A stretch of DNA of 64,000 nucleotides from Eledone cirrhosa. Lineage: Eukaryota. The notes below the pieces were generated by a model. The model did not search any database and had not been told where the DNA came from. It saw only the letters and a list, made by a program, of their open reading frames with translations. The stretch spans positions 30,070,001-30,134,000 of the forward strand of contig OZ024759.1 in the NCBI GenBank assembly GCA_964016885.1, written 5' to 3'. The translations under genes were made by a program, and so were the position numbers. Shown here one piece after another: positions 55,626 to 64,000 of this stretch (position 1 is the first letter of the stretch; each line of letters begins with the position of its first letter).

Positions 55626-57485
55626 ATGAAAAGGCAGTTTTACTTTCGACTTTTCTATATCTTTATTGTAATAATGTTTGGCCTATTATACAGCAGGTGG
55701 TCCAGGCTGTCTTTAATAAGAACTTCTAAAATATTCTTTAAGCTGACAAACAGCTCTATTTCCAATAAGTACCCACCAGAAGAGAGACCCGATAACCTAC
55801 CAAAGGATGATTTGGGAAATGTGGTTAATGAATATCTAATTCATACAATTGGCTGTAAAATACCAGTAATTAATACATCTAATATAATGTTTAACATTCT
55901 TCGCAAACCTCTTAAATGTCCTGGTCCACCAAGGCTTACTGTAGTTAATGGTACAACGTTGTACGTAAATCAGTCAATTGAAAAGGTTTATTACTTGAAT
56001 AAAATTAAACATTGTAAGAAATGGAATATTAAACGATCTAATAACGACAAAAAAATAGTTTATGACGGTCCGATTGTCTTTCGTAAGGAAACGAAACTTG
56101 ATGCAGAATTCTGTATGATAGAATGTGTAGGAGTGAACAATTCCGTGTTATACACAGATTTCCACAGTCGTATCATCAGTAGTGAAAACGTTGTGAAGAA
56201 ATTACAATCTCAGTCTGCAAAAAAAAATGAAGATACACCACTTAGTATCCTTCTATTTGGAATTGATTCAACATCTCGCAATAGCTTCTCTCGACAGTTG
56301 CCTCGTTTAGAGAAGTTTCTTCTTGAACAACTTAACGCATATTCATTTCCTGGATTAACAAGAGTCGGAAAAAATACTCTACCTAATATGATCTCAATGT
56401 TAACTGGAAAATATTTGAATGAAATTGGAATAAATCACAAGAATGTTTTTGACTCGGTAGACTTAATCTGGAAAAATTACAGTTCTCAAAACGCAATAAC
56501 TTTTTTTTCAGAGGACGAGCCACATATTAGTACCTTTAATTACTTGCGCCCTGGTTTTAGTGAAATACCGACTGATTTTTATATTCGACCATTTACTCTC
56601 GCGATTAACAAAAAGAGACAACCTAATTTCTGCGCGGGTCCTCTTACAGAAGCAGAACATGTTCTTCAATATACAAGACAGTTTTTAAAACACTATGAGT
56701 TATCATTTTATTTCGCATTCACGTTTCTAACACAATGGTCACATGATGACTTGACTGGAACAGCTAAATGGGAGGAAAAGCTTTTGGACTTTTTTCAGTG
56801 GCTTTCGAGGTCGAAAATACTCAACAATACTTTAGTGTTTTTCTTTGGGGACCACGGTTTTCGAATGGGGGGGTATCGAACATCCCTTCCAGGAAGTCAC
56901 GAAGTAAACTTACCTTTTTCATTTCTCATTCTCCCAGAATGGATGAAGATTAAACATAAATCAAAAGCCGATTCTCTCGTAGTAAACCAAAATCGACTGG
57001 TAACATTTTTCGATGTTCACGCCACTCTCTCTGACAATTTGAACGTAAGTCCTCGAATAATGAAGGCTGAAAGAGGTATCAGTCTTATGTCACCGATTCC
57101 AAGTAACAGAACATGTAAGTCAGCAGGAATTCCGGCTGGATATTGTGAGTGTTTTTCATCGAGAGAATATCTAAGTGTAAAGGATGGGAAGGTGGTCCAA
57201 GCAGCCACGACTGTTGTGAAATCATTAAATAAACGTTTACAAAGATACAAGGCGAAACATTGTGCCAATATGACATTGGAAAAGACAATACGTGCTTTTA
57301 AACATGGTGCTCGATATTCTGTGACGTTACAGGTGTCTCCAAGTAAGGGAATTTTCCAATGTCATCTAATAAGTAGGGATGAGACGTTCGACATAATAGG
57401 AGACATTCTTAGAATCAACATATATGGTAACCAGTCCCATTGTGTGAAACACCCTCAACTGATACCAGTTTGTTTCTGTGTGTAA
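55626..57485 (+). CDS. DUF229-family protein, copy 2, 619 aa
   Basis: Same motifs as copy 1, intact ORF from GCCATG. Confidence 0.9.
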   Translation: MKRQFYFRLFYIFIVIMFGLLYSRWSRLSLIRTSKIFFKLTNSSISNKYPPEERPDNLPKDDLGNVVNEYLIHTIGCKIPVINTSNIMFNILRKPLKCPGPPRLTVVNGTTLYVNQSIEKVYYLNKIKHCKKWNIKRSNNDKKIVYDGPIVFRKETKLDAEFCMIECVGVNNSVLYTDFHSRIISSENVVKKLQSQSAKKNEDTPLSILLFGIDSTSRNSFSRQLPRLEKFLLEQLNAYSFPGLTRVGKNTLPNMISMLTGKYLNEIGINHKNVFDSVDLIWKNYSSQNAITFFSEDEPHISTFNYLRPGFSEIPTDFYIRPFTLAINKKRQPNFCAGPLTEAEHVLQYTRQFLKHYELSFYFAFTFLTQWSHDDLTGTAKWEEKLLDFFQWLSRSKILNNTLVFFFGDHGFRMGGYRTSLPGSHEVNLPFSFLILPEWMKIKHKSKADSLVVNQNRLVTFFDVHATLSDNLNVSPRIMKAERGISLMSPIPSNRTCKSAGIPAGYCECFSSREYLSVKDGKVVQAATTVVKSLNKRLQRYKAKHCANMTLEKTIRAFKHGARYSVTLQVSPSKGIFQCHLISRDETFDIIGDILRINIYGNQSHCVKHPQLIPVCFCV

Positions 57486-58916
57486 AGACTTGATATCCCT
57501 TTGTCGTCTGTATACTTAATCCTATTAAATATATTCTTGATAATTTATTATCTAAAACTAACGAGAGATATCGATGTCATTAATCTTAATAAAATACATG
57601 ATTATATCAATCTATTTAAAAAAAAAGTCATACCTATATCTGACAATTATCTGTCAAGTGTAATAGAATTTATGATTCCTGTTACAACCGACCATATACC
57701 GACTGTTACCTGCTACACCATACCATACAACGACTGTTAAAAAATATAATTTTTTTTTTTTTTGTCGTCTAATATATTTATTGGTTTAATAATGTTTTTC
57801 TTTTTAATTACATAATTTAAGAATCTTTTAAATGTTTCTTCTGGCAGTATATAATGGTATATCCTTGCATGATATACCATTATCAATAATTATTAATTAA
57901 TTCTATCGTGCAATGCCTCTGCGTGAAGATTTTTTAAAGTGAGGTAAGACTGTCCACTGAGGTAAGACTGTCCACTGAGGTAAGACTGTCCTCTGTTTCG
58001 ATAGTAGCTATAACCGGAAATCAAGAAAAGGTCAACATCATCGGTAACTACTAAGCCGCAGGTTTTATATCGGAGTTATGCCAGTTTCCTGAGTTGCCTT
58101 CTCCTAGAAGAATGCCCTGACAAAGGCTAGGGGTCCTTCACTCCCAGTGGTTTAACCGCGCGATCGGGTATCCAGCCATACATACATACATAGAAGTGAG
58201 TGGAAAATGTGTTCCAATGGTGAGATTCTGGATATTGTGACACGGTAAATTCCTACTAATTTATAACACGCTTGTGTATTTGTCCGTCACAAGAGATGAC
58301 TGGGGAAGGAAGGGCGATGGAAAACTGAGGAAGGATGGGGTGTACCGTAGATTAAGGAAGGAAGGGATGATAACGGCGAATGATAAAGAAAGGAGTGATG
58401 ACGTCGACATACGAAGGAAGGGTGGCAGCGTTCAATATTGCCTACATCTGTGTGTTTATATATATAGCGAATTAGATACACACATTGGCTGTTATGATTA
58501 TGTCTGTGTTTATGTGTGTGTATATGTGTGTTTGTGTAAATTACATTGATATATAATATTTGTGTGAGTGTATATGTGTTTGTGTGTGTTTATTTAGAAA
58601 GTTACATTTATTTAGAAAGTTACATAGACAATCTAAGCGTGTCTGTTTATATATATATATATATAAACAGACACGCTTAGACAAAATTGTTATTACATAC
58701 AAACACACATCTATGTGATAACTGAGGAAGGAGGGGCTGAGAATCTATAGAAGTCCAGCATTCTAAGATTCGTCACAGCTGTGTGTTTGTATGTGTAGCG
58801 TTTTGGGCACACATATTGACTTTATTTTCATATTTGTATAACTTGTGTAATTTAGAGCTAAGAGACCAGCAAACCAACCAGCAAACAAACATACAAACAA
58901 ACATCTTTTTATATTA

Positions 58917-59567
58917 TACTATCAGTGGTATAGGCGTGGCACGGGATAAGGTATTTTGGAACGCGGGCCGCCAACAGACCTTATCGTGGAAAAACTGCAT
59001 GCCTGGACAATATGTAAAGAAAATAAACCGAATACTCTGATGGCTGGATAATCTTTAAGATTTTCCTCGATGAAACAGGAAAAATGCAGGTTTTCACCTA
59101 ATGCGGGCCATAGGGGATCAAGATAATGAATTTTTTTATGTGCATTATATGCCTTGAAATTTCAGGGAAATCGGCTAGACATTAACGCCTCAAAAAGCCC
59201 TAAAAAGCTGAAGAAATGAAGTGTTTCACCTAATGCGGGTCCTAAGCCATACAAAAAGTTGGACTTTCGTTGCTCACGGTATGACGAAGAGACTGACTAA
59301 TACATAGTTACAATTTCAAGGAAATCGGTCTGACGTAACACCACAAAGAACCCCTAAAAAGCTGTAAAAAAACGCAGTTTTTCACCTAATGCTAGCCCTA
59401 GAGGATAAAAAGGTTGAATCTGTTATGTGCATAACACTCCTTGAAACATAAGTAATACACATGTAAAGTTTGAAAAAAGTCGGTTGGGTACTTCTCGAGT
59501 TTTAGGGATTCAAACAGACAGACACACACAGACACACAGACAGACATCGTCAGTTTTATATATATAG
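58917..59567 (+). mobile_element. Non-autonomous Helitron-like element with three internal repeats
   Basis: 5' TATACTA..CGTGGCACGGG. 3' AAGTTTG..GTCGGTTG..(CAGA)n..TTTTATATATATAG. TTTCACCTAATGC.G repeated three times. Confidence 0.5.
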
Positions 59568-59787
59568 TTATAGATAATACAATTAGCCATCCTTATTGTC
59601 GGCACTGTGAAAATATAGAATGTATTGGCCAATGAAAAGTGATAATACGACGGTGGGCGTATTTCTAAGCTGAGGTAATACAATTTACAGATGTTTAAAA
59701 ACTAATACGGAAAGGGAAATATATTTATGTGGAGGGGGTATAGATTGAAAAACTAAAGAAATGAAAGAAATAGAACACGTTGATGAG

Positions 59788-59819
<32 letters not shown>

Positions 59820-60816
59820 TCTGTGTATGTGTAAAGTAAGAAAGTAGGAGTGAGTGAAATCAAAATACATTGAGAGCGAGAGGACGATGTGAATCTCAGC
59901 TTCACAATGACATCTGTCCCTCTCTCATCGCTTATATATATATAAATTCGTTGAACCAGATATATTGTATTTTAATTATGTCACCAAATATATATACATA
60001 TACACACCCTCCCGCAGACTTAGATATATATATAATCAATCATAGTCACCACAATTTCCAAATCGTTATCGACTTTCCTGCATATATCACTGTTGTAGCT
60101 GATTATACACAACTGGTCCTACAGTCTGAGTGCTCTAAACACGTGGATATTGATACATACATACAAACATACATGAGTAGATTAAATTTAACTACGTTGT
60201 CTAAAGTAATGGTTGGATATGACGTCCTCTACGAAGCCATGAGCTCCTCAGTTTGACCCAGCGGCGTGGCATTCAAGCTAAGTGTTTTTATCATAACCTC
60301 AAGTGATCCCAAACCTTGTAAGATTACCCAGAACGGAGAATTAATAGAGGTTTGTTATTCAAAGATCCATCAATTGTCATACATTTCTTCTCACAGAATC
60401 TCCTTGAGAATTATCTTAAGGGATATGTATCTCTGGAGTACATGGGCACATAATATTAATTAAAGAATTTTACGTCCATTAATCTAACAACTAAAGTTTG
60501 ACCGTCGAGACCAACGGAAGACCCATCATGTGAACTAAGTTATCCAACAGTAGCAGGTATACATAAAAGACGAGGTAGGAATTGCTTACTTTATATAAAT
60601 TATTTATTTAATCTTTATCTAAACTTTTCAATCTATTGTTTCATAATTTCATAGAACACTAGTGGAATAAATATATTGTCCTTGAATAAAGCCAACATTT
60701 TGGAATAATATTAGACATTAATAATGGCAAAACATTTCTTTGGAATCTATTAGATTATGTGTTGTTACCCCTATGAGACACGACTGCCTTTCAAATAAAC
60801 AGCCAACATTTGAAAG

Positions 60817-61135
60817 GGATGGTATCACTGTATGAGGTTACTGTCCCTCAAAGAGATGGTATCACTGTATGAGGTTACTGTCCCTCAAAGAGATGGTATT
60901 ACTGTGTGAGGTTACTGTCCCTCAAAGAGATGGTATGACTGTGAGGTTACTGTCCCTCAAAGGTATGGTACAGCAGTGTGAGGGTCCCCCCCCCCTCAAT
61001 GAGATGGTAAAACTGTATGAGGCTATTGTCCCTCAAAGAGCTGGTATCCCTGTGTAAGGCTACTGACTCTCGAAGTGAAGGTATACCTGCGTGAGGCCAC
61101 TGTCCCTTAACGAGATGGTATCACTGTGTGATAGC
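60817..61135 (+). repeat. About 38-bp tandem repeat GATGGTATCACTGTRTGAGGYTACTGTCCCTCAAAGA upstream of each DUF229 copy
   Basis: About 8 units here, about 3 at 41477-41585 and about 4 degenerate at 54895-55035. Confidence 0.8.
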
Positions 61136-61324
61136 ACCAATCGTCTGCATGCTGACTTCATGAGGAAGCTGAGAACCTGACGAGGGCTCTTCCCAATTCC
61201 AGTATAGTAGTAGGAACTGATATCCATGAGATATTCTGGGAAAAATACTGCTGTCATTAACTGTATATTCCCACATATTATTTATATATTACATATGCTG
61301 TATTTATCTTCCTATTCGTGGCTT

Positions 61325-61552
61325 ACATATTCCTGAGAGGGTCGTGGGAACAGCGTCCTTTATTACTCCCTCCAGCAGGTCAAATAAAAAGCAACCAAGT
61401 GAACAGACTGAATCCCTCAAGCAATACCAACCAAGCTCATGGATATTATCTAACCATCTCGAACTGGGACTACCCATGGGTATCCTACCAGTTGATTCTG
61501 CCCGGAATATCTGTCCAGCGACTCTTTTCAGAGATATTCTAACCTCATGCAC
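61325..61552 (-). mobile_element. RTE-clade LINE 3' fragment
   Basis: TGRIPMGSPSSRWLDNIHELGW, similar to the 15.0-15.2 kb fragment. Confidence 0.55.
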
Positions 61553-62231
61553 TTAGTGTCGGAGCTGTGATCTCTCAATTCGCAGATGTAGTGGCTATAC
61601 CTGTAGCGCCTCCTGATTTGCGTGTTACACACTCTATCGAGTAACTTTACCGCAAAGACGCTTCGAATCAGGTTGAATATTTAATGTTCATGTTTTCTTA
61701 AACTAAAATGCTTTAATGTTCAACATATTTTAATATTCAGTCCATTTTGTTGCAGCCCCTATGATGCAAAGAAAATTGAAATATAAAAGGTCGCTTCTCT
61801 TAACTGAAAGCATATGAAGCTATAATTTGTAATATACATCTCAATGTTTTCTTTGCTGAAAGTTCATATATGATATTAAATTATGCTATGATCTAAATGT
61901 TATATGTAAAATTATTTAAAACCGACATTATTGAAAGACAAATAAACAACAAGGAAATCAAGATTATCAAAGAATTCTATAAAATATCAAAAATATATCT
62001 AAACAGATGAAGCATGAGAATGCAGAAATAAGCTTGTCTGTAGATAAGGAAGAAATATATTTAAGTATACGTTTACAGCATATGACTTGCTTGTGAGAGA
62101 CAGAAAGGACACAATATTGTTCCCATTTTCACTCGCTTTTCTCTCTTACAGAATAAAAGAGCGAATCACATCGCTTTTATTTGAGAAAAAAAAAAGAAAC
62201 TGTTTAGTGGATAAAAGAAAATCAAAAAGCC

Positions 62232-64000
62232 ATGAAAAAGAAATTTTACATTCAATTTTTCTGTATCTTTCTTGTAATAATGTTTGGCCTATTATACAGC
62301 AGGTGGTCCAGGCTGTCTATTAGAAGAACTTCTAAAGTATCTTTTAAGTCTACAAACAGCTCTATTTCCAATAAGTACCCATCAGAAAAGAGACCCGATA
62401 ACCTACCAAAGGAAGAGTTGGGAAATGTGGTTAATGAATATCTAATTCATACAATTGGCTGTAAAATACCAGTAATTAATACATCTGATATAATGTTTAA
62501 CATTCATCGCAAACCTTTTAAATGTCCTGGTCCACCAAGGCTTACTGTAGTTAATGGTACAACGTTGTACGTAAATCAGTCAATTGAAAAGGTTTATTAC
62601 TTGAATAAAATTAAACATTGTAAGAAATGGAATATTAAACGATCTAATAACGACAATAAAATAGTTTATGACGGTCCGATTGTCTTTCGTAAGGAAACGA
62701 AACTTGATGCAGAATTCTGTATGATAGAATGTGTAGGAGTGAACAATTCCGTGTTATACACAGATTTCCACAGTCGTATCATCAGTAGTGAAAACGTTGT
62801 GAAGAAATTACAATCTCAGTCTGCAAAAAAAAATGAAGATACACCACTGAGTATCCTTCTATTTGGAATTGATTCAACATCTCGCAATAGCTTCTCTCGA
62901 CAGTTGCCTCGTTTAGAGAAGTTTCTTCTTGAAAAACTTAACGCATATTCATTTCCTGGATTAACAAGAGTCGGAAAAAATACTCTACCTAATATGATCT
63001 CAATGTTCACTGGAAAATATTTGAATGAAATTGGAATAAATCACAAGACTGTTTTTGACTCGGTAGACTTAATCTGGAAAAATTACAGTTCTCAAAACGC
63101 AATAACTTTTTTTTCCGAGGACAAGCCACATATTAGTATCTTTAATTTCTTTCGCCCTGGTTTTAGTGAAATACCGACTGATTTTTATATTCGACCATTT
63201 ACTCTCGCGATTAAAAAAAAGAGACAACCTAATTCCTGTGCGGGTCCTCTTACAGAAGCAGAACATGTTCTTCAATATACAAGACAGTTTTTAAAACACT
63301 ATGAGTTATCATTTTATTTCGCATTCACGTTTCTAACACAATGGTCACATGATGACTTGACTGGAACAGCTAAATGGGAGGAAAAGCTTTTGGACTTTTT
63401 TCAGTGGCTTTCGAGGTCGAAAATACTCAACAATACTTTAGTGTTTTTCTTTGGGGACCACGGTTTTCGAATGGGGGGGTATCGAACATCCCTTCCAGGA
63501 AGTCACGAAGTAAACTTACCTTTTTCATTTCTCATTCTCCCAGAATGGATGAAGATTAAACATAAATCAAAAGCCGATTCTCTCGTAGTAAACCAAAATC
63601 GACTGGTAACATTTTTCGATGTTCACGCCACTCTCTCTGACAATTTGAACGTAAGTCCTCGAATAATGAAGGCTGAAAGAGGTATCAGTCTTATGTCACC
63701 GATTCCAAGTAACAGAACATGTAAGTCAGCAGGAATTCCGGCTGGATATTGTGAGTGTTTTTCATCGAGAGAATATCTAAGTGTAAAGGATGGGAAGGTG
63801 GTCCAAGCAGCCACGACTGTTGTGAAATCATTAAATAAACGTTTACAAAGATACAAGGCGAAACATTGTGCCAATATGACATTGGAAAAGACAATACGTG
63901 CTTTTAAACATGGTGCTCGATATTCTGTGACGTTACAGGTGTCTCCAAGTAAGGGAATTTTCCAATGTCATCTAATAAGTAGGCATGAGACGTTCGACAT
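62232..64000 (+). CDS. DUF229-family protein, copy 3 (open to the window edge)
   Basis: ATG AAA AAG AAA TTT.. is in frame. Constant 6606-bp offset to copy 2 means no net indel, and homopolymer runs keep the frame. Acceptor TTACAG at 62151. Confidence 0.85.
   Translation, partial: MKKKFYIQFFCIFLVIMFGLLYSRWSRLSIRRTSKVSFKSTNSSISNKYPSEKRPDNLPKEELGNVVNEYLIHTIGCKIPVINTSDIMFNIHRKPFKCPGPPRLTVVNGTTLYVNQSIEKVYYLNKIKHCKKWNIKRSNNDNKIVYDGPIVFRKETKLDAEFCMIECVGVNNSVLYTDFHSRIISSENVVKKLQSQSAKKNEDTPLSILLFGIDSTSRNSFSRQLPRLEKFLLEKLNAYSFPGLTRVGKNTLPNMISMFTGKYLNEIGINHKTVFDSVDLIWKNYSSQNAITFFSEDKPHISIFNFFRPGFSEIPTDFYIRPFTLAIKKKRQPNSCAGPLTEAEHVLQYTRQFLKHYELSFYFAFTFLTQWSHDDLTGTAKWEEKLLDFFQWLSRSKILNNTLVFFFGDHGFRMGGYRTSLPGSHEVNLPFSFLILPEWMKIKHKSKADSLVVNQNRLVTFFDVHATLSDNLNVSPRIMKAERGISLMSPIPSNRTCKSAGIPAGYCECFSSREYLSVKDGKVVQAATTVVKSLNKRLQRYKAKHCANMTLEKTIRAFKHGARYSVTLQVSPSKGIFQCHLISRHETFD

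Noticed and set aside
62232-64000. Third DUF229 copy as a pseudogene
   Set aside because: No frameshift or stop found. It is absent from the ORF track only because the stop lies beyond the window.

Overview
Animal (eukaryotic) genomic DNA, very AT-rich and full of (AT)n/(CA)n/(GA)n microsatellites. The repeat content (tRNA-headed SINEs, CORE-SINE, RTE and Tx1/L1 fragments) suggests an octopod cephalopod, which is an inference. Almost all ORF-track entries are microsatellite translations. The only host genes are three tandem, single-coding-exon DUF229-family (alkaline-phosphatase/sulfatase superfamily) type II membrane enzyme genes at 42797-44659, 55626-57485 and 62232->64000. The third is intact but missing from the ORF track because it runs off the window. 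The copies are mosaic, consistent with gene conversion that spares an active-site-proximal patch. The most striking signal is non-coding: about 16 type I hammerhead ribozyme (HHR) motifs with intact cores and about 8 decayed ones, from several families. They sit in short Penelope-like (PLE) pLTR/retrozyme-like elements inserted into (AT)n tracts, often as tail-to-tail palindromes. They show stem II covariation, a conserved C.C mismatch, U3-A8 core variants and U10.1.U11.1 variants. A 5'-truncated Naiad-type PLE (RT end, CxCx5C, GIY-YIG) at 11515-13580 is a plausible type of driver. All structures were read by eye, so coordinates of degenerate repeats are approximate.
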